Assembly: GCA_964016885.1 (NCBI GenBank)
Contig: OZ024761.1
Span: 13,206,001-13,270,000, forward strand
DNA: 64,000 bases
Source: Eledone cirrhosa
Taxonomy: Eukaryota
Direction of reading: 5' to 3'
Shown in pieces: positions 1-11,936 of this stretch. The position numbers and the translations under genes were made by a program. The notes under the pieces are model-generated. The model was not told the origin of the DNA. It made no database searches and saw only the letters and a program-made list of their open reading frames with translations. Position 1 is the first letter of the stretch, and each line of letters begins with the position of its first letter.

Positions 1-45
1 AATTTGTTTTGTATTCTTTTTTCTCAATTAATCTATATTTTACAG

Positions 46-128
46 AGATCGAATGTAGCCTGTTGGCTGTCATTATTGATACCAACCCAGTATGGTGGGG
101 ACAGTGTTTCCTTGAAGAAAACTCACAG
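46..128 (+). CDS. GTF2H3: TFIIH subunit p34, internal coding exon (first visible; upstream exon outside window)
   Basis: tttacAG acceptor, GTGAG donor; encodes EIECSLLAVIIDTNPVWWGQCFLEENSQ, matching the p34 N-terminus (human LLVIVVDANPIWWG). Confidence 0.93.
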
Positions 129-598
129 GTGAGAGAACAACAATAGGTTTACTACTATGTATATTGTGGTTTATTTCTGCTGGTAGACATAGAAACAATA
201 AAATGCACCCAGTACACTCTGTAAAATGGTTGATGATAGACAAGACATCAAGCTGTAGAAAACTTGCCAAACAAAGGATTGAGACGACTCTTGAGTTGTG
301 TCAAAGACACGACAACCTCTCTAGTGCTGGTGATTGGAAATTGCATCAAGCTGTAGAAAACTTGTCAAACAAAGGATTGAGAGGACTACCTAGTTTCACA
401 GCTTGTTACAGGGTACACGTGGCAGTGGATCCCCAGAAGAATGAAGTGAGAAGTGTAGACACACTCAATTAATCCTCCGGACGCAACAAAATATCAGAGG
501 TTATCCTTATCTTTATGCATTTCAGACATTTTGTGTCCTCATCAGTGGAATGAAATATTTATTATTTAATTAATTATTATTTTTTTTTTTTTTTACAG

Positions 599-705
599 TT
601 TGATATATTCCGGTATTTAGACAGTATGTTGGTGTTTGCCAACTCCCACCTTATGATGAAACCAGCCAACAAATTAGCCATCATTGCTGCCCATAGCAAT
701 CAAAG
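599..705 (+). CDS. GTF2H3: TFIIH p34 exon
   Basis: poly-T/AG acceptor, GTGAGT donor; FDIFRYLDSMLVFANSHLMMKPANKLAIIAAHSNQ (human GNSHLFMNRSNKLAVIASH). Confidence 0.95.
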
Positions 706-813
706 GTGAGTTTGGATGTCAAAGACCTTTTTTTTTTGAAAGCTTGAAAGAATATTAGTTGGCAGTATTAACTCTGAGTTTATATATATATAAAGTTTAT
801 ATATATATCAAAG

Positions 814-1075
814 GTGACACAGAGAAGACTGAGGTTGGCTGGACATGCTCACCGACATCCAGAGTTGACGTTGCACTCAGTGCTCCTTTGGGAGCCCCTA
901 CATGGACACACTAGAAGCGGAAGACCAAGGTTAACATATGTTGATGCCCTAAGGACAGACACTGGTCTGTTGGAGATGCAGGATATGGCAGCGATAATGA
1001 GGGACAGAGACCGCTGGAGAGAACTCGTCCATGGATCTCGGGAATTTTACCCGCCTTAGATAGATAGATAGATAT
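814..1075 (+). mobile_element. RTE-clade LINE 3' fragment
   Basis: RRLRLAGH...GRPRLTYVD...DRDRWR C-terminal motif followed by a (TAGA)n tail. Confidence 0.75.
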
Positions 1076-1277
1076 ATATGTTGAAATATCCGAGACCCCC
1101 AGTAGACAACTGTTGAGGACCCCACTCCCCGTTCTTGCTTTCTTCTCCTTCTCCTTCCTCCTCCTCTTTCTTCTTCTGCATCTTCTTCTCTAGCAACTAC
1201 TCAACCATCCTATTCTCCATATACTTTATATATATATATATATACATATATACATAAATAATGTGGTTTCATTCCAG

Positions 1278-1501
1278 CTACTTCCTGTATCCAAAGGGCA
1301 AAGAAGAGCCTTCACCACCACCACCACCACCACCACCAGCAGCAGCAGCAGCAGCAGCAGAAACTAATGAGTTGACTGAAGAGAATGGTACTACTACTAC
1401 TGCTGCTGCTGTTCCTCGGTCTGTAAACGATGGCCGTTATGAACTTTTTGCCCAAGTTGATGAACAGATTACTGACCAACTGAAGGGTCTTATTGCTAGC
1501 C
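1278..1501 (+). CDS. GTF2H3: TFIIH p34 exon with poly-Pro/poly-Ala insertion
   Basis: ttccAG acceptor, GTAAGT donor; YFLYP...NDGRYELFAQVDEQITDQLKGLI (human RFLYP...KDGKYELL); phases match neighbouring exons. Confidence 0.93.
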
Positions 1502-1590
1502 GTAAGTTGTTTAACCCTTTTGCACGCTGAATGTTTCATGAATTACTTCCCTTGACACTGTATTATGTGTTAAGGGGAGATTACTCTATA

Positions 1591-1780
1591 GGCGGTGGAT
1601 TGGCAATATTGGTAGAGTGTCGGATGCCATGCTTTGGCGCATATAGTTACGGCCCTTGCTATCTGAGTTCAAATCCCGCCGAGGTTAACTTTGCCTTTCA
1701 TCCTTACGGGGTCGATAAAATAAAGTACCAGTAATACACTGGAATAATTTGCTGGCCTTGTGCCTAACGTAGAAACAATT
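1591..1780 (+). mobile_element. tRNA-derived SINE family 1, representative (other copies ~3128-3520, 5352-5512, 6775-6966, 8223-8538, 17513-17691, 18590-18765, 19475-19665, 25705-25882, 27963-28320, 30200-30340, 38515-38945, 52582-52747, 53025-53212)
   Basis: B box GAGTTCAAATCCC, A-box-like head, conserved body CTTTGCCTTTCATCCTTACGGGGTCGATAAAATAAAGTACCAG, AATTATT tail. Confidence 0.85.
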
Positions 1781-2621
1781 ACTCTATTGTTTGAAAACAA
1801 TACCGTAACATCATTATGAGTGGCCAGTTACAGTGAGTTTGAACAGAAAAAGGTGAGAGAATTCTGGTCGGATATGGCAGGTTTAAATATGCTAAAGGGT
1901 TAATCCTTGAGCATTTATATTACTCTATATTTACTATTGTATTTTCATGGAAAATTTCAGGTAAATATCTCACATAATATTGAAGCTATGAGATTTTGAT
2001 ATTATTTATTTTGAGAACAATACCTTAACATCAGTATGAGTGTCTAGTTACAGCCAACAGAAAGAGGTGAGATAATTCAGGCTGGATACAGACGGTTTAA
2101 AGGGTTAAACTGGTCATATCCGGCCAAAACTCTCTCACCTCTTTCTGTTCAAACTGGCTGCTCATACTGATGTGAAGGTATTGTTCTCAATATAAATAAC
2201 ATCAACTTCTCATTGATTCGATATTATGTGTGAGATAAAGCCATTTGTGTGAAAATATAAGAGTAAATATAAAGAAATGTGAATGCTATAACTGGCCGCT
2301 CATACTGATGTGAAGGTATTGTTCTCAATATAAATAACATCAACTTCTCATTGATTCGATATTATGTGTGAGATAAAGCCATTTGTGTGAAAATATAAGA
2401 GTAAATATAAAGAAATGTGAATGCTGTAACAGGCCGCTCATACTGATGTGAAGGTATTGTTCTCAAAATAAATAATATCAAATTCTTATAGATTCGATAT
2501 TATGTCTGCTCTGATAGCAGTAGAGATGTAGTCTGTTGTAAGTTTAGTGTAAGATAGTTGTTTCTTAATCCTCATGTCAGCCCCTCATCCAACATTAAAC
2601 TTGGTTTTGTTTCTTTTGCAG

Positions 2622-2684
2622 AAGAGGTTGGCCAACTTTATTCCGATAGTGTGGTTGCTGGTTCCATTGGAAAGGCGCTTTGCT
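2622..2684 (+). CDS. GTF2H3: TFIIH p34 exon ending at a U12-type donor
   Basis: ttttgcAG acceptor; EVGQLYSDSVVAGSIGKALC (human TLLAGSLAKALC); followed by GTATCCTT. Confidence 0.93.
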
Positions 2685-4427
2685 GTATCCTTCCATCTTT
2701 CATTCATTTCATTTCATCATCATTTCATTTTACGTCCGCTTTTTCCCTGCTTGCAAGGGTGGGACGGGAACTGATTCTGGCTTGATTTCTACAGCTGGAT
2801 GCCCTTCCTAACACCAACCTCATTTACAGTGAGTGCTGGGTGCTTTTTTGCCGTGGCACCTCCACGACCACTTTGCAGTGGAATGATAGGGACCTCAGTC
2901 CCTATCATCTCATTTCTACAGCTGAGTAAACTGGAGCAATGTGAAATAAAGTGTCTTGCTCAAGGAAACAACACATCACCTGGTCTGAGAATTGAACTCA
3001 CAACCTTTCGATTGCAAGGCCAATGCTCTAACCACTAAGCCATGTGCCTCCTTTATATATTATTATTATTAAAGAAATGTTGTTAGTGTAAGATAGATGT
3101 TTCTTAACCCCCAAGTCAGCCTCTCAGGTAAATTGGCAACAATCGGTAGAGCGTCGGACACCATGCTTTGCAGCATGGAGTTACGCCCCTTCGCTATCTG
3201 AGTTCAAATACCGCTGAGGTTAGCTTTACCTTTCATCCTTACGGGGTTGATAAATTAAAGTACCAGTCACGCACTGGGGTCAATCTAATCAACTTTCCCC
3301 TCACCTTTCAAATTGCTGGCCTTGTGCCTAAAGTTGAAACAATATTATCGGTAGAGGGTCGGACGCGATACTTTGACGCACAGAGTTACGGCCCTTGCCA
3401 TTCTGAGTTCAAATCCTGCCGAGGTTAACTTTGCCTTTCATCCTTACGGGGTTGATAAAATAAAGTACCAGTAATACACTGAGATAACTACTGGCCTTGT
3501 GCCAAATGTAGACACAAATATTATTGATGGTTTACACAGTAGATATGATTACTGTATCTTCTGCCTATCGAATCTCAACAAGGACCTTAACCCTTTAGTG
3601 TTCAAACCGGCCAGAATTCTCTACCTCATTCTGTTGAAACTGGCTGTAACTGGTCGCTCAAACTGATGTTAAGGTATTGTTCTCAAAATAAATACTTTCA
3701 AAATCTCATAGATTCCATATTATGTGAGGTAAAGCCTTTACCATGAAAATATAATAGTATATATAAAATAATGTGAATGCTAAAGGGTTAAACAGACAAC
3801 ATATATCTCTGAGTAGTGTATGTCCTGTACCTAACATACCATTCTGAGTAGTGTATGTCCTGTACCTAACATACCATTCTGAGTAGTGTATGTACTGTAC
3901 CTGACATACCAGTCTTATGCAGGACAACTTATAGTATATATCTTGTATCTCTGAGTAGTGTATGTCCTGTACCTAACATACCATCTGAGTAGTGTCTGTC
4001 CTGTACCTAACATACCATTCTGAGTAGTGTATGTACTGTACCTAACATACCATTCTGAGTAGTGTCTGTCCTGTACCTGACATACCAGTCTTTTGCAGGA
4101 CAACTTATAGTATATATCTTATATCTCTGAGTAGTGTATGTCTTGTACCTGACATGGCAGCCTTATGTTGGACAACACATCTAAGTAGTATATGTCCTGT
4201 ATCTAACAGGACAGGACATTTCTAAATAGTGTACGTCCTGAGTTTATTCCATAATATGGCATTTCAACAAAAAAGAGATTAATAAAATATGTATTGGGGT
4301 CAATATGATTGACAAAATTTAGTTGGTACCCGAGCATGGCCAAAATCTATTGACGGAAATCAGTAAAAAAAACAAAACAAAACAAAAAAAAATGAATATT
4401 GTCCTTAATTTGCTTCTTTTGAAAAAG
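2685..4427 (+). other. U12-type (minor spliceosome) GT-AG intron
   Basis: 5' splice site GTATCCTTCC; branch point TCCTTAAT at 4402-4409, about 18 nt upstream of a purine-rich gaaaaAG acceptor; joins KALC-F-INRM in frame. Confidence 0.9.
3805..4240. repeat. ~35-bp minisatellite
   Basis: CTGAGTAGTGTATGTCCTGTACCTAACATACCATT units. Confidence 0.85.
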
Positions 4428-4486
4428 TCATCAACAGAATGGAAAAAGAGCTTCATCTTGCTGATAGGTTGTCCAGTCGTATCCTG
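4428..4486 (+). CDS. GTF2H3: TFIIH p34 exon
   Basis: (F)INRMEKELHLADRLSSRIL (human YIHRMNKE...KSRIL); GTAAGT donor. Confidence 0.92.
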
Positions 4487-4511
4487 GTAAGTCTCTTAAT
4501 ATCTACCTCCT

Positions 4512-5022
4512 TTAACCCTTTAGCATTTAAACCGGCCGTATACAGCCAGAATTCTCTCAACTCTTTCTGTTCAAACCGGCTGTATTTGGCTGCTCATACT
4601 AATGTTAAGGTATTGTTTTCAAAATAATATCAAGATCTCATAGATCCGATATTATGTGAGGTAATTATGTGAGATAAAGCCTTTACCATGGAAATATAAT
4701 AGTATATATAGAGTAATGTAAATGTTATGTGAGATATTATGTGAGGTGAAGCCTTTACTGTGACAATACAATAGTATATATAGAGTAATGTAAATGTTAT
4801 GTGAGATATTATGTGAGGTAAAGACTTTACTGTGAAAATACAATAGTATATATAGAGTAATGTAAATGTTATGTGAGGTATTATGTGAGGTAAAGCCTTT
4901 ACTGTGAAAATACAATAGTATATATAGAGTAATGTAAATGTTATGTGAGATAATTACGTAAGCTAAAGCCTTCATGAGAATACAATAGTAAATATGGAGT
5001 AATGTAAATGGTAAAGGGTTAA
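4512..5022 (+). mobile_element. piggyBac-like MITE, representative (other copies ~1780-2108, 3587-3790, 9545-9745, 11075-11672, 15151-15360, 15505-16062, 17725-17925, 18882-19467, 37425-38064)
   Basis: TTAA|CCCTTTAGCATTTA ... TAAATG(C/G)TAAAGGG|TTAA termini and shared internal sequence. Confidence 0.75.
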
Positions 5023-5898
5023 TGTTATAATGTACGAGGGGATGCTGAAAAGTTCCTGGCTTTGAGTAAAAGAAGGTGCAGGAGGATCAGTTAATTATGA
5101 TTTTACTCAACATATTCCCCTCTCAGATTCACAGTTATTGCAGTGGTCCTTCAGTTTTTCTAAGGACTTTGCCAATTCGCCACCTAACTTGAACACATTA
5201 AGAATAATTAAAATCTTTACTTTAGTTAACTGTAAATCTTCACAATGATCTGTCTACAAGTAAAGACACTGTAGACTTGAATTAACAAACCACAATAGCA
5301 AGATATTCATAAAAGCTACAAAACAGCACTATGATTGCATCACATTAAAATAATTGTTTTTACTTTTGGCACAAGGCCAGCAATTATTACAGTGAATTAC
5401 TGGTACTTTATTTTATCGACCCCGTAAGTATGAAAGGTAAAGTTAACCTCGGGATTTGAACTCAGACCGTAAAGGGCAAAGCATGGCGTCCGACCTTCTA
5501 CCAATTCACCGCATCACATTAAAATAATATATATTATACATGTGGTCTATTGAAGTGTTCACTGTGGACTTCAGACCTTTTCAAATGTAAGCTATGATAT
5601 ATTATACATGTAGGCCATTAAAGTGTTGTCTGGACTTCAGACTTTTTCAAATGTAAACTATGATATATTATATATGTAGGCCATTGAGCTGTTCTCTGTG
5701 GACTTGAGACCCTCTCAAATGTTTACATGTAGGATTAATCATATAACTTACTGATCCTAAGTATTAGGTCAATGAGAGATGAGGGAGGTAACTCTTTGCC
5801 AACATAATTGTTTACAAATTTTAAGCAGCCCAGATTTTAAAAAGAAATTCCTCTCTATTTTTTAAAATAATTTTGTCTCTGTTTTCTTTATAAATTAG

Positions 5899-5973
5899 AT
5901 AATGAAGGGATCTCAAGACAACCCAGCTCAGTATATGAACTTTATGAATGTAGTTTTCTCTGCTCAGAAACAG
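5899..5973 (+). CDS. GTF2H3: TFIIH p34 exon
   Basis: IMKGSQDNPAQYMNFMNVVFSAQKQ (human QYMNFMNVIFAAQKQ); AG/GTGAGT boundaries. Confidence 0.96.
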
Positions 5974-6012
5974 GTGAGTTTGCTGTTATTTGTTTACATT
6001 ACACATACATGA

Positions 6013-6660
6013 TATCATCATCATCATCATTTTACGTCCGCTTTTCCCTGCTTGCAAGGGTGGGACGGGTCCTATTCAGCACAGCATCTCTCCACTTGTC
6101 ACGGTCCTTTGTCATCTCCTCCATGAGCTTCAGCGATCTGAGGTCTGTTCTCACCACCTCCGCCCATGTTTTTCGTGGTCTACTTCTACCACGTCTTCCT
6201 TCAACTGGCATTTCCTGGCACTTCTTCACCCAGTGGTCATCCTCCATGTGCATCACATGTCCATACCACCTCAGTCTCCTCTCTCGCACACTACATTCTA
6301 TTCCTCTCAGACACAGTTTCCCTCTCAACACATTCATGCTCGGTCATTCACGCACATTGAACTTGCACATCCAACGGAGCATGCTTGCTTCATTTCTCTC
6401 CAGCTGTCCCATATCCTCTGCAGTTGCTGCCCATGTCTCACTACCATGCAGCATCGTGCACCTCACACAAGCATCATATAACCGGCCTTTCGTACGGAGG
6501 GAGAAACTCTCCTTCGTCAGCAGAGGAAGCAGCTCCCTAAACCTCTTCCAACCTGTCCTTATTCTAGATACTATGGCCTTGGAAAATACCCCCTTCCATG
6601 CTAATCTGATCACCTAGGTACTGGAGGCTATCAACCACTTCTATAGCACCCACCTGGATT
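6013..6660 (-). mobile_element. 5'-truncated RTE-clade LINE (frameshifted)
   Basis: KGRLYDACVRCTMLHGSETW, RRLRWYGHV, RGRSRPRKTW motifs; (GAT)n tail. Confidence 0.88.
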
Positions 6661-7214
6661 TCTATATATATATATTTGTATAATGCTCTGTAGTTATTGT
6701 TCCTTGAGCTTCCTTTGCTGAGTAACATAATCAACATGCATTATATATGTGCCTCCATAAATCTATACATATATAATTGTTTCTACTTTTGGCACAAGGC
6801 CAGCAAAATACCCAGTGTATTACTGGTACTTTATTTTATCGACCCCGTAAGGATGAAAGGCAAAGTTAACCTCGGCGAGATTTTGAACTCAGAATGGCAA
6901 GGGCCGTAACTCTATGCGTCAAAGCATGGCGTCCGACCCCCAACCAATACTGCCAATCCACCGCTCCTATACATATATAATGCATATTGATTATGTTACT
7001 CAACAAAAGAAGCTCAATGAACTATAAGTACAGAGCATTATACAAATTCAAATGATATACAAAAGGTTCTCTGTCATATATCTAGTTGAGAACTTTAGAC
7101 AATCTTGAGTTGATTCTTTCTATGGGTGTGTACTTTTATTATTATCATCAACAGTAATGCACTGGGGGTAATTGCTGGCCTTGTGCCAAATGTAGAAACA
7201 ATTATTATCATCAA

Positions 7215-7582
7215 GAGTATCATCACCATCACCACTAGTATCACTATCACCACCATCACTAGTATCACTATCACCACCACCATCACCATCACCATCACCA
7301 CCACTAGTATCACTACCATCACCATCATTACCACCACCACTAGTATCACTATCACCACCACCATCACCATCACCACCACTAGTATCACTACCATCACCAT
7401 CATTACCACCACCACTAGTATCACTATCACCACCATCATTACCACTGCCACTAGTATCACCATCACCGTCACCACTATCACCACCATCACCATCACCACC
7501 ACTAGTATCACTACCATCACCATCACTACCATCACCATCATTACCACTGCCACTAGTATCACTATCACCACCATTAGTATCA
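7215..7582. repeat. Compound (CAC/CAT/ACTAGTATC) low-complexity repeat
   Basis: direct inspection. Confidence 0.9.
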
Positions 7583-7613
7583 CTTTCTCAACTGTACTCT
7601 ACTTTACTTACAG

Positions 7614-7667
7614 AATGTTATCATTGACAGTTGTATCTTGGGAGAAGATTCCAGTTTATTACAGCAA
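7614..7667 (+). CDS. GTF2H3: TFIIH p34 exon
   Basis: NVIIDSCILGEDSSLLQQ (human NILIDACVLDSDSGLLQQ); AG/GTAAGT boundaries. Confidence 0.95.
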
Positions 7668-7689
7668 GTAAGTACCACACTCTCTCTTC

Positions 7690-8000
7690 TTCTTCTTCTC
7701 CTTCTTCTCGTCCTTCTCGGCACAAATACTGAATTGAAGATAGCAAGTTTGGCTTTTACACCTACCTCTTCTTTCTTCTGATTACCGAATACTGAAGCAT
7801 TACTGCACCAACTCCTGCAATTCATGCACTTAATTCAACCTCCTTGCCTTGCATCACTCGTGAACACAGCCCCGAGATATTTAAACTTCTCCACCTGCTT
7901 CAGTGGAGCTCCACTCACATGTAGAGTGGACTGTACAGCCTTCCTTGAGAGGATGAGTGTCTCAGTTTTTGCAGCACTGATTCTTATTCCAGCCTTGCAG
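7690..8000 (-). mobile_element. RTE LINE reverse-transcriptase fragment
   Basis: GIRISAAKTETL...LKQVEKFKYLGAVFTSD. Confidence 0.8.
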
Positions 8001-9143
8001 CACAAGGGAGTCCACAAAACTGGCAGGTCCAGGGTGAGCTACAGGAGGGAACTCTTTAACCTTTAGGTCACCCTGGACCATTGGTGGCTTACATTTGAAT
8101 TGGCTTTATATACAGTTGTTAAATGATAGCTGGATCTACATCCGGAGTTTACCTAAACTTCCACCCACCTGGAAATCATTTCATATCACTGATATTTTCT
8201 TTGCTTCTTGCATTATTTAAATCGGTGGATTGGCAGTATCGGTAGAGGGTCGGACGCCATGCTTTCCAGCATAGTTACGTCCCTTTACGATCTGAGTTCA
8301 AATCCCGCCGAGGTTGACTTTGCCTTTCATCCTTACGGGGTCGATAAAATAAAGTACCAGTAATGCACTGGGTAATTGCTGGCCTTGTGCCTAAAGTAGA
8401 AACAATTATTTAAACGCACCAGTTCAAATCCCGCCTAGGTTAACTTTGCCTTTCATCTTTACGGGGTCGATAAAATAAAGTACCAGTAATGCACTGGGAT
8501 AATTGCTGGCCTTGTGCCAAAAGTAGAAACAATTATTTAAATACACCACAACTCACTATCACTGTTTGACACTATACTCTCCTTACTTTCACCTTCTCCT
8601 TCTCACTCATCTTCACCCTGCCCAGCCCTTCAATCTGTGTGTGTGTGTGTATATGTATATATGTAGTGACCTACATTCTGCGGGCTCACATAGATTCTCT
8701 GTGCGTGATTTGGCTCAGCTCAGCCAATCAGCGCCAGTAGAAGAGAATGTATCTCTACTCGCCCTGAGGGAAAAATTCCCGCGTTGATTTGAGAAATCTG
8801 TCTCTCGCATCCTGACTGTAAAAAGGTAAACAACTAACTTTCTTTCATTGTGAAATCACTAGCCAACATGTAACACAACAACTTAACCACGGCCTGGCAA
8901 CACTTCAGCCAGTGGACCGTGCCTTCTGAAATCCTTAATGGTATGCCTGCTCTACTCAGCTCTACATAGCTCAATCTTGTTAATAAATAATGTAAAACAA
9001 GCCAAAGTTGTTGTCGATGTTCTTACCACATCTTTCTACAGAACTGGTCACTCGTGGCGCTACTAACAATAACACATCTTAACTGTTAAATATATACATG
9101 TTCTAATTTTAAAATATCTCTTACCTCTTCTTTCTATTTCCAG

Positions 9144-9212
9144 GCCTGTGATATTACAGGGGGAACCTATCTAAAGCTACCCACAATTTCAGGGCTGTTA
9201 CAGTACCTATTG
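9144..9212 (+). CDS. GTF2H3: TFIIH p34 exon
   Basis: ACDITGGTYLKLPTISGLLQYLL (human [23 protein letters not shown]); AG/GTAGGT boundaries. Confidence 0.96.
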
Positions 9213-9772
9213 GTAGGTGAACCTGTTCTTCCTTCACATTAACCCTCTCGTTATCATATTTATAATGAAAGACACAGTCTATGATTTTCAAATAATTTTG
9301 AAAATAATCAAGAATTTTAAAGGATTTAGTTCATATAACTAACTTTCTCATTATTAAGTTGGTGTTTGGAACATAACTTAACAAAGGTTCTTACATAACA
9401 TTGCGATGGAAGGTTTTTAGAAAAATATAAACACTCTAAAGCAAACAGTTTTGTATCATAGAACCAAGAGTGTTTGGAACATAACTTAACAAAGGTTTTT
9501 ACTTAAAATTTTGATCAATGGTTTTTAGATAAATATAAATATTTTTTAAACCGACTAGATCCGGTCAGAATTCTCTCACCTCTTTCTGTTCAAACTCGCT
9601 GTAACCGGCCACTCATACTTCTGTTAAGGTATTGTTCTCAAAATAAATAATATCAAAATCTCATAGATTCGATATTATGTGCGGTAAAACCTTTACTGTG
9701 AAAATATAATAGTAAATATAGAGTAATGTAAATGGTAAAGGGTTAAAATGAGTGGTTTTGTTTCCTAGCTAT

Positions 9773-10116
9773 GGAGGCGCATGGCTTAGTGGTTAGAGCA
9801 TTGGGCTTGCAATCGAAAGGTTGTGAGTTCAATTCTCAGACCGGGTGATGTGTTGTTTCCTTGAGCAAGACACTTTACTTCACATTGCTCCAGTTTACTC
9901 AGCTGTAGAAATGAGATGATAGGGACTGGGGTCCCTATCATTCCACTGCAAAGTGGTCGTGGAGGTGCCACGGTAAAAAAGCACCCAGCACTCACTGTAA
10001 ATGAGGTTGGTGTTAGGAAGGGCATCCAGCTGTAGAAATCAAGCCAGAATCAGTTCCCGTCCCACCCTTGCAAACAGGGAACAGCGGACGTAAAATGATG
10101 ATGATGATGATGATGA
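9773..10116 (+). mobile_element. tRNA-derived SINE family 2 with RTE tail, representative (other copies 2714-3051 -, 11257-11586 -, 20974-21328 +, 33826-34080 -, 37097-37312 -)
   Basis: A box TGGCTTAGTGG, B box GAGTTCAATTC, CORE-like CCTTGAGCAAGACACTT, 3' CGGACGTAAAA(TGA)n tail. Confidence 0.88.
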
Positions 10117-10230
10117 ATTGGAGGCAATTTTGGCCAGATTGATATCAAAAGGGTTGAATGAAATAATGACCTTAAAATGCTTGTTGTTGTTGTTGTTGTA
10201 ATTAATGTTTATTTTGTTTATTTCCACCAG

Positions 10231-10366
10231 TGTGTCTTCCTACCTGACCCTCATGTTAGATATAAACTGTCGCTACCAGCCAGGGTCCAGGTTGACTATA
10301 GGGCCGCCTGTTTTTGTCATCGTAACCTCATTGACGTTGGTTATGTCTGTTCGGTGTGTCTATCGA
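10231..10366 (+). CDS. GTF2H3: TFIIH p34 exon (zinc-binding region)
   Basis: [45 protein letters not shown]; AG/GTAAGT boundaries. Confidence 0.97.
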
Positions 10367-10847
10367 GTAAGTTGAAGATATTAGTTTTTAAAAAAACTAA
10401 ATGAATAAACAATGTTATCTCTGATTGAGTCGAAGAATGAGTGTATTTGATTTCTTATGTAAATGAGAAAACACATCACTAGAACAGCCTAATGCTGCCC
10501 TCCACAGCCCCCTTAGGCTCCAGCGCCCATTTGGACCTTCTCAATGACCCCCCCACCCCGGGTGGGGGGAGGGGGCAGCAGCACCCATTTTGAGAACCCG
10601 TGCCTTATACATTACCACATACCACACCACAACACTACTTGCTACCACACTTCACACTACCACACACCGCACTATAACACTGCTCACTACAACACCACAC
10701 TATCACACACCACACTATCACACCACACCATACGCTACCATACCCTATACACTACCACACACTATAAATTCTCAAGTACAACATTACAAATGTATTACCT
10801 GAAGCTTTATCTAAATATTTATTCTCATTATTTTTATCTTTTTCTAG

Positions 10848-10884
10848 TATTTTGTTCGTTCAGTCCAATCTGTTCCACTTGCCA
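10848..10884 (+). CDS. GTF2H3: TFIIH p34 exon (C4 zinc finger end)
   Basis: IFCSFSPICSTCQ (human IFCNFSPICTTCE); AG/GTAAGT boundaries. Confidence 0.95.
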
Positions 10885-11255
10885 GTAAGTCTTTCTCTTT
10901 TAATTTCTTATTAACCCTATCTTTACCAACCATATTTCTCATGGTAACCACAGGGTGACCACATATAAACACTCCAAGCTTGATTATCGCATTTATGTTT
11001 GCCGAGAAAGAAAAGTAGCAGATATTGAGTGTCTATGATATCAGCCATTATCACATGAAACTTTGTTAGTTTATCCCTTTAGCATTTAAACCGGCCGTAT
11101 CCAGCCAGAATTCCCTCACTTCTTTCAGTTCAAACTGCCCACTCATATTGATGTTATGGTATTGTTCTCAAAATAAATAAGATCAAAATCTCATAGATTC
11201 AATATTATGTGAGGTATTATGTGAGGTAAAGCCTTTACCACAAAAATATAATAGT

Positions 11256-11286
<31 letters not shown>

Positions 11287-11936
11287 GTTTACGTCCGCTT
11301 TTCCCTGCTTGCAAGGGTGGGACGGGAACTGATTCTGGCTTGATTTCTACAGCTGGATGCCCTTCCCAACACCAACCTCATTTACAGTGAGTGCTGGGTT
11401 CTTTTTTGCAGTGGAATGATAGGAACCCCAGTCCCTATCATCTCATTTCTACAGCTGAGTAAACTGGAGCAATGTGAAATAAAGTGTCTTGCTCAAGGAA
11501 ACAACACATCACCCGGTCTGAGAATTGAACTCACAACCTTTTGATTGCAAGGCCAATGCTCTAACCACTAAGCCATGTGCCTCCATGTATATATAGAGTA
11601 ATGTAAATGTTATGTGAGGTAAAGCCTTTACCACAAAAATACAATAGAGTAATGTAAATGCTAAAGGGTTAAACCACTGTAACCACCAATATTGTAAGAG
11701 TATTCATTTAAGTTTTCATATAAGTATTTGAAATCAAGTAGTGTTTGTGGTCACCCTGTACATTGAATTTGTTACAAGCATGGATTTGGTGCAGATTTAG
11801 TAATATAACTTTTTACCATAAATTTATTGTTTAGAATATAACAAAGTTCCTATGTTAGATTATGTTGGAAGGTTTCTTCTAAGGGTCATTGAAGTAACGT
11901 TACTTGATAGAGTGTGTAGCTCGGAGATCAGAGAAT

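Noticed and set aside
164-472. 102-aa ORF in a GTF2H3 intron
   Set aside because: Decayed SINE-like sequence with a local duplication; no recognisable domain.
9773-9845. tRNA-like A and B boxes
   Set aside because: Head of a dispersed SINE, continuous with the SINE body; not a tRNA gene.
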